DNA of 62,881 bases from Halorussus marinus (GCF_004765795.1 NZ_SBIV01000005.1:248001-310881); one strand, 5' to 3'. Counted from the stretch's first letter, positions 9,778 to 19,334 are shown. Program-made: numbers and translations. The notes: generated by a model not told the origin, from the sequence alone.

Positions 9778-11031
9778 TCACCGAGCGCCCGCCAGATCGG
9801 CGAGCGCGCCCGCCATCACCCGCGTCGCGGCGGCGCAGTCGTCCCAGTCGGTCCACTCTCGGGGGTTGTGCGAGATACCGTCCCGGGAGGGCGCAAAGAG
9901 GAGCGACGCGTCGGTCACGCCCGCGATGCGCTGGGTGTCGTGGGCCGCCCCGGAGTGGAGGTCCATCGTCTCGATACCCGCCCGGTCGCCGGCCTCGTGG
10001 GCCGCCCGCCGGGTGCGCTCGGTCATCGGCGAGGGTTCGAGGTCGAACGGCCGGTCGAAGTCGGTCTCGACCCCGCGTTCGCGTTCGAGGCGCGCGAGGC
10101 TCCGGCGCGCGCGGGCGACGATCTCCTCCATCGACTCGTACTCGACGTCCCGGACGTCGACGCCCGTCTCGACCCGTCCGGGGACGACGTTGGTCGCGTT
10201 CGGCCGGACGTCGAGCTTGCCGACCGTTCCGACCGCGGTGTCGCTGGCGTCGGCGACGACCTCGTTGGCGGCCCGCTCTACGTCGAGGACGAACTCGCTC
10301 GCGGCTGCCAGCGCGTCGGTCCGGTCGTCCATCGGGGTCGCGCCGGCGTGGTCGGCCTCGCCCCGGATCGTCACCTCGCAGTGGGTGATGCCCGTGATGG
10401 CGGTCACGACGCCCGCCGGGACGCCGGCGTCTTCGAGGCGCTCGCTCTGCTCGACGTGGAGTTCGAACCACGCGTCCCACTCGCGGGCGTCGAGGCGGCC
10501 CTCGCCCCGAAAGCCCATCGAGTCCAGCGCAGACTCAAGCGTGGTCCCCGCGTCGTTTTCGAGCGCGAGCGCTTCCTCGACCGACCGGTCGCCGACCGCG
10601 ACCGACGAGCCGAGCAGTCCGCCCGCGAACTGCTGGCCCTCCTCCTCGGTGAACGAGACGACCTCGATCGGTCGCTCGGGGTCGAGGCCGGCGTCCTGCA
10701 TCGCCCGGACCGATTCGAGCGCGGCGTACACGCCGAGCGGCCCGTCGAAGATGCCGCCTTCGGGCACCGAGTCGAGGTGGCTCCCGGCCGCGACCGGCGC
10801 GGCGTCGGGGTCGGCGCTGTCGGGGGTCCACCGCCCCGAGACGTTTCCGACCGCGTCGATCCGGACGTCCAGCCCGGCGTCTTCGAGTCGCTCGACGAAG
10901 TGCTCGCGGGCCCGGCGGTTCGGTTCGGTCCCCGTCAGGACCGTCCGGCCCCGGCCCTCCTCGGCGTCGATGTCGCCGAACTCGGCGTTGGCTTCGATGT
11001 CGGCGCGGAGTCGCTCGCTGTCGACGTTCAT
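9778..11031 (-). CDS. M20-family Zn-dependent N-carbamoyl-L-amino-acid/allantoate amidohydrolase
   Basis: GSHLDSVPEGGIFDGPLG, FTEEEG, ELHVEQ, GEADHAGATPM, SGAAHD, GISHNPRE. Confidence 0.9.
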   Translation of the reverse strand: MNVDSERLRADIEANAEFGDIDAEEGRGRTVLTGTEPNRRAREHFVERLEDAGLDVRIDAVGNVSGRWTPDSADPDAAPVAAGSHLDSVPEGGIFDGPLGVYAALESVRAMQDAGLDPERPIEVVSFTEEEGQQFAGGLLGSSVAVGDRSVEEALALENDAGTTLESALDSMGFRGEGRLDAREWDAWFELHVEQSERLEDAGVPAGVVTAITGITHCEVTIRGEADHAGATPMDDRTDALAAASEFVLDVERAANEVVADASDTAVGTVGKLDVRPNATNVVPGRVETGVDVRDVEYESMEEIVARARRSLARLERERGVETDFDRPFDLEPSPMTERTRRAAHEAGDRAGIETMDLHSGAAHDTQRIAGVTDASLLFAPSRDGISHNPREWTDWDDCAAATRVMAGALADLAGAR

Positions 11032-11156
11032 GCGCAGGCCCACGGAGCCACGGGTAATCAGTGTCGCGGGACCGGCAAGCCGGCGCCGCGTCGATCCGAC
11101 GGCCGCGACCTGTCGGCCCGACAGCTATTAGTCGGCCGCGGGAGACCCCCGACTCG

Positions 11157-12407
11157 ATGACCGACAACGCCGTGCGCGCCGAGTGGGAGCCCCTAGAGTC
11201 CGTCCGGGTCCACACTCCCGGCATCGAACTGTGGAGCGGGAGCCTCGACCCGGGACCGAACCTCTTCGAGAACCACGTCCCGCCGGATCAGGCCCGGGCC
11301 GAGCACGAGCGCATCGTCGCCACGCTGGAGGACGCCGGCGTGGAGGTCCACCAGCTCGCGGACGACCTCGCGGCCGCCGACGCGCTCGAGGACCTCGTCC
11401 GCGAGTCGGTGTCGGTCCGGACCGACGACGGCGAGGAGCCGGGCGACGTCGAGGGCGTCCTGTCGTCGTTCGACGCCCGCGAGAAGCTCCAGCTCGCGCT
11501 CGCGCGGGTCACGATGGAGCCCCACGCCGAGACCGGCGCGTCCGGCGACGGCGTGCCGGGCGGCGCCGCCGACCGCGACCGCAGTCCCGCGACCTCACTG
11601 CGGATCGACCGGCCGATCTCGAACGTCTACTTCCAGCGCGACACCACCATCCTCGGCGACCGCGGCCCGATACTCTGTGAGATGTACGAGCCGGTCCGCC
11701 GGCCCGAGATCCCCATCGTCCGGGAGGCGTGGGACGGCGTCGGCGCCGACATCCACTACGAGATGACGGGCGAGCCCGTCGAGGGCGGGGAGTTCATGCC
11801 CGCCGGCGAGTTCGCGTTGCTCGGCGTCTCCGCGGAGGTCGACGGCGAGGAGAAGGTGATTCGAACGAGCTACGGCGCGGGCGAGCGCCTCATGGCGGAC
11901 GGCGCCGTGGGCTACGAGGAGTTCGGGCTGGTGCGGGCGCCACTAGAGGCCGACCGCCGGCTCCGCGAAAAGCACGACGCCGGCTCGCGGGTAATGCACC
12001 TGCTCGGGTGGTTCAACATCGCCGCCGAGGGGCTGGCGATCCTCGACGAGGACCTCGCGCGGGCGGCCGAGGTCGACGTGTACGCGAGACGCGGCGACGG
12101 CTACGAGTTCGACCACTCGACGAACACCCTCGAATACGTCCGCGACGAGAAGGGGTTCGACGTGATCGACGTCTCGTGGGGCGAACGCTGGCCGACCAAC
12201 TTCCTCGCGGTCGACGACGGCGTCGTCGTCCCGCTGTACGAACCCGACGAGGACGGCGCGTACCGCCCGGAGGACAACCCCACGATCGAGGCGATGAAGG
12301 AGGTGGGCGTGACGGTGTTGCCCGACGGCGAGGGCCTGCCCCGGGACGCGCTCACCAACGGCGCCGGCGGCATCCACTGCATGACGACCCCGATCCGGCG
12401 GGGGTAG
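11157..12407 (+). CDS. Arginine deiminase/amidinotransferase (pentein) family protein, atypical active site
   Basis: AEWEPLESVRVHTPG, NVYFQRD, VEGGE, VMHLLGW, C-terminal GAGGIHCMTTPIRR. Confidence 0.8.
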   Translation: MTDNAVRAEWEPLESVRVHTPGIELWSGSLDPGPNLFENHVPPDQARAEHERIVATLEDAGVEVHQLADDLAAADALEDLVRESVSVRTDDGEEPGDVEGVLSSFDAREKLQLALARVTMEPHAETGASGDGVPGGAADRDRSPATSLRIDRPISNVYFQRDTTILGDRGPILCEMYEPVRRPEIPIVREAWDGVGADIHYEMTGEPVEGGEFMPAGEFALLGVSAEVDGEEKVIRTSYGAGERLMADGAVGYEEFGLVRAPLEADRRLREKHDAGSRVMHLLGWFNIAAEGLAILDEDLARAAEVDVYARRGDGYEFDHSTNTLEYVRDEKGFDVIDVSWGERWPTNFLAVDDGVVVPLYEPDEDGAYRPEDNPTIEAMKEVGVTVLPDGEGLPRDALTNGAGGIHCMTTPIRRG

Positions 12408-12453
12408 AGCCGCGCCGATCCGGCGAAGCCGGCGTGGCTGGACCACCCATTTT

Positions 12454-12467
12454 CGTTTACGTAAACG
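12454..12467. promoter_or_regulatory. Perfect 14-bp palindrome CGTTTACGTAAACG upstream of tryptophanase
   Basis: AT-rich palindrome in a GC-rich intergenic region, about 135 nt before the tnaA ATG; function inferred. Confidence 0.35.
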
Positions 12468-12602
12468 CAAACGGCGTTCCGAGCGGCCCGCCGACAGCCT
12501 CGTCCGTCGCTGTGCAGTTCCGTCCCGAATCCCCCGCGAGCGGCCACCATCCCCCCGAACTGTCGCGACAGCGATATGTCGCGGGGCGCCGACGGTCCGA
12601 CC

Positions 12603-13952
12603 ATGCGAGCCTACAAGTCGAAAGTCGTCGCGCCGATCCGACTCCCCGACCGCGAGGAGCGGGCGGCCAACCTCGAACGAGCAGGGTACAACGCCTTCGA
12701 ACTCGACTCGGCCGACGTGTTCGTCGACCTGCTGACCGACAGCGGGACGGGAACGATGAGCCAGGACCAGTGGGCCGCGATGATGCGGGGCGACGAGGCG
12801 TACGCCGGCTCCGAGAGCTTCGACGAACTGGAAGCGGCGGTCTCGGACGTGATGGGCTTCGATCGCATCCTCCCCGCCCATCAGGGCCGGGGCGCCGAGA
12901 ACGTCCTCTACGGCGCGCTGGTCTCGGAGGGCGACTACGTCCCGAACAACACCCACTTCGACACCACGCGGGCCCACATCGCGAACGCGGGCGCCGAGCC
13001 AGTCGACTGTCCGGTCGAGGGCGCGCTCTCGGGCGACCGAACGTTCGCGGGGAACCTCGACGTGGGGAAGGTCCGGGATCTCGCCGACGACGTCGGCGCC
13101 GACCGGATCCCCGCGATCGTCGTGACGATCACCAACAACTCGCTGGCGGGCCAGCCGGTGAGCGTCGAGAACCTCCGGGCGGCCCGCGACGCGGCCGACG
13201 ACCTCGACGCGACGCTCGTCGTCGACGCCTGCCGGTTCGCCGAGAACGCCTACTTCGTCCGAGAGCGCGAACCCGAGTTCGCCGACGCCTCGATCGCCGA
13301 GATCGCGCGCGAGCAACTCTCGTACGCCGACGCTGTCGTCATGAGCGGCAAGAAAGACGGACTGGTCAACGTCGGCGGGTTCGTCGGCCTGCGACCGGGC
13401 GACGACGACCTCTTCGAACGCGCCCGCGAGCGGGCGATCCTCTACGAGGGCTTTACCACCTACGGCGGGATGGCTGGCCGGGACGTGGCCGCGATGGCGG
13501 TCGGGCTCCGAGAGGCCGTCGAATCGTCGTACCTCGACGACCGCATCGGGCAGGTCCGGCGGCTGGGCGACATGCTGGCCGACAGGGACGTGCCGGTCGT
13601 CCGACCGACCGGCGGCCACGCGGTGTACGTCGACGCCGGGGCCTTCCTGCCCGAGATTCCCGCCGAGCGGTTCCCCGGGCAGGCGCTGGTCTGTGAACTC
13701 TACCGGGAGGGCGGCGTACGCGCGGTCGAACTCGGGAGCCTCGCGTTCCCCGACACCGACCGCCCCGAACTCGTCCGGCTGGCCCTGCCCCGGCGGACCT
13801 ACGGCGCCGACCACCTCGAACACGTCGCCGAGACGTTCGGGGCGGTCGCCGAGCGCCGCGACGCCGGCGAGATCTCCGGCCTCGAAATCGTCGACGAGCC
13901 CGAGATGGCCGAGCTCCGCCACTTCAGCGCGTCGCTCCGGCCGGTCGCGTAG
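12603..13952 (+). CDS. tnaA: Tryptophanase (beta-eliminating PLP lyase)
   Basis: DLLTDSGT, GDEAYAGS, HQGRGAE, HFDTTR, TITNNS, MSGKKD (PLP Lys), YEGFTTYGGMAGRD, ELVRLALPRRTY. Confidence 0.9.
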   Translation: MRAYKSKVVAPIRLPDREERAANLERAGYNAFELDSADVFVDLLTDSGTGTMSQDQWAAMMRGDEAYAGSESFDELEAAVSDVMGFDRILPAHQGRGAENVLYGALVSEGDYVPNNTHFDTTRAHIANAGAEPVDCPVEGALSGDRTFAGNLDVGKVRDLADDVGADRIPAIVVTITNNSLAGQPVSVENLRAARDAADDLDATLVVDACRFAENAYFVREREPEFADASIAEIAREQLSYADAVVMSGKKDGLVNVGGFVGLRPGDDDLFERARERAILYEGFTTYGGMAGRDVAAMAVGLREAVESSYLDDRIGQVRRLGDMLADRDVPVVRPTGGHAVYVDAGAFLPEIPAERFPGQALVCELYREGGVRAVELGSLAFPDTDRPELVRLALPRRTYGADHLEHVAETFGAVAERRDAGEISGLEIVDEPEMAELRHFSASLRPVA

Positions 13953-13997
13953 CCGTCACCGACTGCTACGACGGCCGCACGCGACGGCGGTCGACGC

Positions 13998-15920
13998 TCA
14001 CACCGCGCCGGGTTGCTTCTCGACCGGCGTCTCGTAACACTCGACCTCGAACCGGGCGCCGCCCTCGTCGCTTTCCGCGACCGAGAGCCGCCAGCCGTGG
14101 GCTCTGACGATGTCTTCGACGATGGCGAGACCGAAACCTGTCCCTTCCTGATTGGTGGTGTACCCCTGTTCGAGCACCTTCTCGCGCTCGTCTTCGGGGA
14201 TCCCCTCGCCGGTGTCGACGCTCTCCCAGGCGTCGCGGGCGACGGTTTCGAGCCTGATTTCGGTGGTCTCGGTGATCGTCTCGCCCGACCGGGCCAGCGT
14301 GAGGGCGTCCTCGATGATCGCCTCCATCCGTTCGAGCTGGTGGCTGACGTTTTCGACCGACTCCGCGTGCTCGTCGTCGATGCTCGCCTCGAGGAGGTCG
14401 GCCCGGCCGATCGCGACGTTCAGGGGGTTCCGGAGGTCGTGGGCGACGATGCCGGCGAACCGGTCGAGGCGCTCGTTCTGGTGTTCCAGTCGGCGTTCGC
14501 GCCGCCGGCGCTCGGTCACGTCTCGGGAGTTGAGGACGATCCCCTCGACGTACGGGTCGTCGAGCAAGTTCGCCGCGCGGGCCTCCATGATCCGCCAGTC
14601 GCCGGCCGCGTCGAGGATCCTCGCGGCGTGGCTCCCCGCGTAGCTGTAGTCGTCGACGTGCTCGGACAGTTCGGCGAGGATGTCCTCCCGGTCGTCGGGG
14701 TGGACGTGCTCGACGAGGTTCACGCCGATCAGCTCCTCGGGCTCGTAGCCGAGCACCTTCTCGACCGACGGACTGACGTACGTGATGGTGCCGTCTTCGT
14801 CCAGCACGGTCACGAGGTCCGAGGACCGCTCGATGAGTCGCTGGAACCGCTCCTCGACGATGTGGCGGTCGGTCACGTCGCGATAGATGAGCAGCGATCC
14901 GACCGCCGACCCGGCCCGGTCGGTCAGCGTGGTTCGGCTGGAGTCGAAGTAGCGTTCGCCGTCGTCGGTCTCGACGACCACGTCCGAGCCCGACCCGCTC
15001 CCGTCGTCCGCGACCGAGCCGTACGACGGGACGACCTCCGAAGCGGGCCGGCCGATCGCGGCCTCCTCGGCGTCGAGCAGGTCGGTCGCGGCCGGGTTCA
15101 CGTCGACGAGCCGTCCGTCGAGATCGACGACGAAGATCGGGTCTGTGATTTCGTCGACGAGCGTGTGTCTCGCGACGGGCATCAGATCGAGGAGGTCGAA
15201 CCGGAACAGCGCGATCACGAAGACGATGCCGGAGACCGTAAACGCGAACGACGTCGGGTCCGCCGACCCCCGGGGTGCGACGTCGAGCATCCAGAGGTCG
15301 AGCGCATCGAGCGGCGCGAACCCGAACACGAGGAGCAGGCTCGACACCAGCGGCACGAGCCCGCCGATCAGCATCAGCCCGACCTGGACCCGATACCGGC
15401 GGTGGCGTCTGATCCCGACGAGCGCGAGGAGGAAGTAGCTCGCGAGTATCATCCCGTACGTGTACGCGAGGTTGAGCCAGAACACCGGGCCGTTCGTGCG
15501 GTCGGCGATCGCGAGCGGCGCCGCTCGCGTGAACCCGTCGAGGGTCCACATCAGGTCGTGGGCCGGCGCGGTCAGGACGACCGCGAAGACGACGAGCGGT
15601 TCGACGAGCAGGAGGGCGGCGAACCGCCGGTCGAGAAGCGAGTCGCGCCCCGAATACCCGAGCACGAACCACAACTGCGTCGGCGGGAGCCCGAGAAAGC
15701 CGACGTAGTTGATGAGAGAGCCGATCCGGTAGGTCGCGAGAGTCGTGCTGCCCGCCCGGACGGCGTTGCCCAGCGCGTACAGCGAGACGCAGACGAGGAT
15801 CGCCGCGAACGGGATCGCCCCCCGGACCTCGCGACGCCGAACGGCGATGGTCGCGAGTCCCAGATTCAGCACCGAGACCGCGAGCAGGACCCAGGTCGGG
15901 ACGCCGGGTACGAAAGACAC
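13998..15920 (-). CDS. HisKA_7TM - PAS - PAS - histidine kinase; ATP-binding domain has an in-frame internal deletion (probably kinase-dead or pseudogene)
   Basis: 7 TM N-terminus, PAS motifs (YVSPS, VHPDD, RDVTER), H-box AHDLRNPL, G2 GTGFGL; N-box absent compared with the kinase at 48354. Confidence 0.8.
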   Translation of the reverse strand: MSFVPGVPTWVLLAVSVLNLGLATIAVRRREVRGAIPFAAILVCVSLYALGNAVRAGSTTLATYRIGSLINYVGFLGLPPTQLWFVLGYSGRDSLLDRRFAALLLVEPLVVFAVVLTAPAHDLMWTLDGFTRAAPLAIADRTNGPVFWLNLAYTYGMILASYFLLALVGIRRHRRYRVQVGLMLIGGLVPLVSSLLLVFGFAPLDALDLWMLDVAPRGSADPTSFAFTVSGIVFVIALFRFDLLDLMPVARHTLVDEITDPIFVVDLDGRLVDVNPAATDLLDAEEAAIGRPASEVVPSYGSVADDGSGSGSDVVVETDDGERYFDSSRTTLTDRAGSAVGSLLIYRDVTDRHIVEERFQRLIERSSDLVTVLDEDGTITYVSPSVEKVLGYEPEELIGVNLVEHVHPDDREDILAELSEHVDDYSYAGSHAARILDAAGDWRIMEARAANLLDDPYVEGIVLNSRDVTERRRRERRLEHQNERLDRFAGIVAHDLRNPLNVAIGRADLLEASIDDEHAESVENVSHQLERMEAIIEDALTLARSGETITETTEIRLETVARDAWESVDTGEGIPEDEREKVLEQGYTTNQEGTGFGLAIVEDIVRAHGWRLSVAESDEGGARFEVECYETPVEKQPGAV

Positions 15921-16071
15921 ACCGACAGGTTGTCATAATGGATAATGAAACCTTCGAAGCCGGGGGTAGTTTCCGTGACGGCGCCGCCCCGCCGCGTGGT
16001 TCTCGATTGTAGCGAATCTGATAGTTCGGCCTCGGGCAGTCGCCGCCCCGGGGCCGGACGACCCCGGACCG

Positions 16072-16350
16072 CTATACGCCCTCGACGGTCTCGCGGTACG
16101 CCCTGACGCGCGCGAGTGCCTCGTCGACCAGCGACGCCGCCTCGGCGTCGAGGCCCTCGCGAACGTCGTGCAGGCCGTGCTCGAAGCGCGCCAGTCGGCC
16201 GTGGTCCGGGCCCCGGGCGGCCGCGGCCATCGACTCGACCTGCTCGGCGTAGGTCGCCAACCGCTCGCTCGCCGCCGGGTCGTCGGTCGTCTCGCGGGCC
16301 TCGGTGAGCGCGTCGCTCGCTCGCTGGAGAGCGGTGTCGTCGTCGGACAT
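16072..16350 (-). CDS. Small conserved haloarchaeal helical hypothetical protein
   Basis: ATG at 16350; RGPDHGRLAR motif and C-terminal YRETVEGV; acidic. Confidence 0.75.
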   Translation of the reverse strand: MSDDDTALQRASDALTEARETTDDPAASERLATYAEQVESMAAAARGPDHGRLARFEHGLHDVREGLDAEAASLVDEALARVRAYRETVEGV

Positions 16351-16447
16351 GCGTGCGAGTACGGGAGAGGCTCCCAAATGGTTTCGGTCGCACGCGCGGG
16401 TCGGCCGAATCGGTGTCCTCATTTGCCCGTAGCGCGTAGATTCGAGT

Positions 16448-16603
16448 ATGGCCTCCACGCTCAAACGCGGCCTGTACGGTCTCGTCGGACTGCTCGCGGT
16501 CGGGTTCGCGGTCCACTACGCCCTGTTCGGATCGCTCCCGCTCGGGAAGCCAGAACTGCTGAAAGACGACGACGCGTCCGAGTGGGACGAGGTCGAAGCG
16601 TAG
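16448..16603 (+). CDS. 51-aa single-TM microprotein (below ORF-track cutoff)
   Basis: MASTLKRGLYGLVGLLAVGFAVHYALFGSLPLGKPELLKDDDASEWDEVEA; basic N-terminus, TM, acidic tail, GC3-rich codons, fills an intergenic gap. Confidence 0.7.
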   Translation: MASTLKRGLYGLVGLLAVGFAVHYALFGSLPLGKPELLKDDDASEWDEVEA

Positions 16604-16674
16604 CCGGCCGCCCGCCCGACGCCCGATTCTGCGAGTCGGCGATCCCCGGAGCCGACGGTGCGACCGCCGGCGAC

Positions 16675-17760
16675 TCAGACCATCGCCTCGGCCGAGACCG
16701 ACGGGTGTTCGCGGAAGTACGCCACCAGTTCCTCGACGTAGCTCTCGAACGGCGGGCACGCGACCCCCGATCCCCGGAGGTCCCGGATCGCGTTCGCGGC
16801 GGTGTAGCTCGTCGGGTGGACGAAGTAATCGAGCACCGCGGGTTCGACGCCCAGCGCGTCGGCGACCCCCGGGAGCGAGTCGAGCGCCCGGCGGGCGACC
16901 CGCCGGGAAGCCGGCACCGTGAGGACGCGTTTGTCGAGCGCCGAGCCGAACGCCCGGAGCATCCCGCCGGCCGTCGGCGGATTCGGGTCACAGAGCTGGT
17001 ACACCTCGCCCGCCGAGTCCTCGCGGGCGCTCAGGTGGTCGATCGCGTCGATCACGAAGTCTCGCGGGACGACGTTCACCTCCGCGGCGTCGAGGTCGCC
17101 GAACCGCGGCACCACCGCGAGGCGGGGCTGGCGCGCTAGCAGTCTCAAGACGTTGTACGGCCCGTCGTACTTTTGGGTCGCGCCGGTCCGGCTGTCGCCG
17201 ACGGTGATCGCCGGGCGGTAGACCGTCGCCGGGAGCCCCTCGTCCATCCGGCGCTGGACCTCGACCTCCGCGAGGTACTTGGTCTCCTCGTAGCGGTTGT
17301 TGAACGACTGGCCCACGTCGAGGTCCTCGTGGGTGAACACGCCGTCGTGGCGGCCGCTGACGTAGCAGGTGCTGACGTAGTGGAACCCATCCAGATCCGG
17401 AACGCCCTCGGCGAAGTCGAGGACGTGCCGGGTCCCCGCGACGTTGACCGCCATCCCGACCTCGCGGGCGACCCCGAGGTCGTACACCGCCGCGAGGTGG
17501 TACACCTCGGTCGCGTCGGCTCGGAGGTCCTCGTAGTCGTCGCCGAGCCCGAGGTCCGGGTCGGTAACGTCGCCCTCGTGGAGGTCGATCCGGTCGACGT
17601 CGTCGCCGGCGATCTCGACCGCCCGGGACTCGGCGGCGGCGCGGTACTTCGGCTGGACCAGACACCGAATCCGGGCGTCCGCGGGGAACCGATCGAGGAG
17701 GCGCTCGACTAGCGCCGAGCCCAGAAACCCCGGGAAGCCCGTGAGGAAAACCGACCCCAT
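16675..17760 (-). CDS. Extended SDR, thioester-reductase/NAD_binding_4-like
   Basis: VFLTGFPGFLG, GDVTDPDLGL, YHLAAVYD, YVSTCYV, YEETK, VYRP; coupled to upstream ALDH. Confidence 0.85.
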   Translation of the reverse strand: MGSVFLTGFPGFLGSALVERLLDRFPADARIRCLVQPKYRAAAESRAVEIAGDDVDRIDLHEGDVTDPDLGLGDDYEDLRADATEVYHLAAVYDLGVAREVGMAVNVAGTRHVLDFAEGVPDLDGFHYVSTCYVSGRHDGVFTHEDLDVGQSFNNRYEETKYLAEVEVQRRMDEGLPATVYRPAITVGDSRTGATQKYDGPYNVLRLLARQPRLAVVPRFGDLDAAEVNVVPRDFVIDAIDHLSAREDSAGEVYQLCDPNPPTAGGMLRAFGSALDKRVLTVPASRRVARRALDSLPGVADALGVEPAVLDYFVHPTSYTAANAIRDLRGSGVACPPFESYVEELVAYFREHPSVSAEAMV

Positions 17761-19334
17761 CACCGGACCCCCGGCAGGCGCGCCATCGCCCGGAGCGCCA
17801 GCGTCATCCCCTTGGCGTACCACCCCTTGGGGACGCCCTCGGGCGGGTGGAGCGACCCGGCGCGCTGTTCGGCGACCGTCTGGGACTCGGTGTACCGGAG
17901 CAGGCCCTGCCGACCGTGGCGTCGACCGAGTCCCGAGTCCTTCATCCCGCCCATCGGGGCGTCGGTCGAGGCCCACGCCGCGGCGTAGGCGTCGTTGACG
18001 TTGACCGTCCCGCAGTCGATCCGGCGGGCCAGCCGCCGGCCGCGCTCGGCGTCCTCGGTCCAGACGCTCGCGTTGAGCCCGTACTCGGAGTCGTTGGCGC
18101 GCTCGATCGCCTCGTCGGCCGAGTCGACCGCCGTGACCGCGACCACCGGCCCGAACGTCTCCTCGCGGGCGAGGGCCATCTCCTCGGTCACCCCGGTCAG
18201 CACCGTCGGCTCGTAGAAGTACGGCCCGATATCGGGGCGCGCCCGGCCGCCGGTGACCACGTCGGCGCCCTTCTCGACGGCGTCGTCGACGTGGGCCTCG
18301 ACTTTTTCCAGCTGATCCGACCCGACGAGACTGCCCACGTCCGGCGTCCAGTCGTAGCCCGCCGCGAGGTCGAGCGCGCGGGTCCGCCGGACGAACCGAT
18401 CGAGGAACGGGTCGCGCACGTCGCGGTGGACGTAGAGGCGCTCCATGGAGAGACAGAGCTGGCCGGCGTTCGCGAAACACCCCCTGACCGCCCCCGCCGC
18501 GGCCGCGTCGAGGTCGGCGTCGCCGAGCACGAGGAGGGGGTTCTTGCCGCCGAGTTCGAGCGAGCAGTCGACGAGGTTCTCGCCCGCCCGGCGCGCGACC
18601 GCCCTGCCGGTCTCGGTGCTACCGGTGAAACAGACGTAGTCGACCGCGTCGACGAGCGCCCCGCCGGCCTCGCTCCCGGTGCCGGTCACCACCTCGAAGG
18701 CGGCCTCGGGGACGCCCGCCGTCCGGAGCAGATCGCGGATCGACAGCGCGGCGAACGGCGTCTCGCTCGCGGGCTTGAGGACGACCGCGTTGCCCGCGAG
18801 CAGTGCGGGGATCGCGTCCGACACCGCGAGCGTGAGGGGGTAGTTCCACGGCGAGACGACGCCGACCACCCCGACCGGACGGCGGTGCTCGACGGTGCGA
18901 GTCATCAGCGGAAAGGCGCCCTTCCGGCGCTCGGACGCGAGGTACTCGGGCGCCCGGTCGGCGTAGTGGCGCGCGGTCGAGGCCACGTCAGCGACCTCCT
19001 CGAAGGCGTCGATCCGGGCCTTGGCGCTTTCGAGTTGGATCACGTCGAGCAGTTCGTCCCGGCGATCCAGCACGAGGTCGTGGAACCGCGAGACGACCTC
19101 GGCGCGCTCGGCCGCCGAGCGGTCGGCCCACGACGGCTGGGCGTCGCGAGCGCGCTCGACCGCCGCGTCGACGTCCGCGCGCGAGCAGGCCGGGATCTCG
19201 CCGATCGGCGCGCCCGAGTAGGGGGCCTCGACCTCGATTCCGGGCCGGTCGTCGCCGGCGGGGACGGTCGCCGACAGCGCCGAGAGCGAATCCGGGCCGA
19301 CTCGCGCCGGAAACGCGTCCGCGTGTGGCTTCAT
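17760..19334 (-). CDS. Aldehyde dehydrogenase, succinate-semialdehyde dehydrogenase (GabD2)-like
   Basis: SPWNYP, LKPASETP, FTGSTETG, LELGGKNP, NAGQLC, EETFGP, GGMKDSGLGR. Confidence 0.9.
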   Translation of the reverse strand: MKPHADAFPARVGPDSLSALSATVPAGDDRPGIEVEAPYSGAPIGEIPACSRADVDAAVERARDAQPSWADRSAAERAEVVSRFHDLVLDRRDELLDVIQLESAKARIDAFEEVADVASTARHYADRAPEYLASERRKGAFPLMTRTVEHRRPVGVVGVVSPWNYPLTLAVSDAIPALLAGNAVVLKPASETPFAALSIRDLLRTAGVPEAAFEVVTGTGSEAGGALVDAVDYVCFTGSTETGRAVARRAGENLVDCSLELGGKNPLLVLGDADLDAAAAGAVRGCFANAGQLCLSMERLYVHRDVRDPFLDRFVRRTRALDLAAGYDWTPDVGSLVGSDQLEKVEAHVDDAVEKGADVVTGGRARPDIGPYFYEPTVLTGVTEEMALAREETFGPVVAVTAVDSADEAIERANDSEYGLNASVWTEDAERGRRLARRIDCGTVNVNDAYAAAWASTDAPMGGMKDSGLGRRHGRQGLLRYTESQTVAEQRAGSLHPPEGVPKGWYAKGMTLALRAMARLPGVR

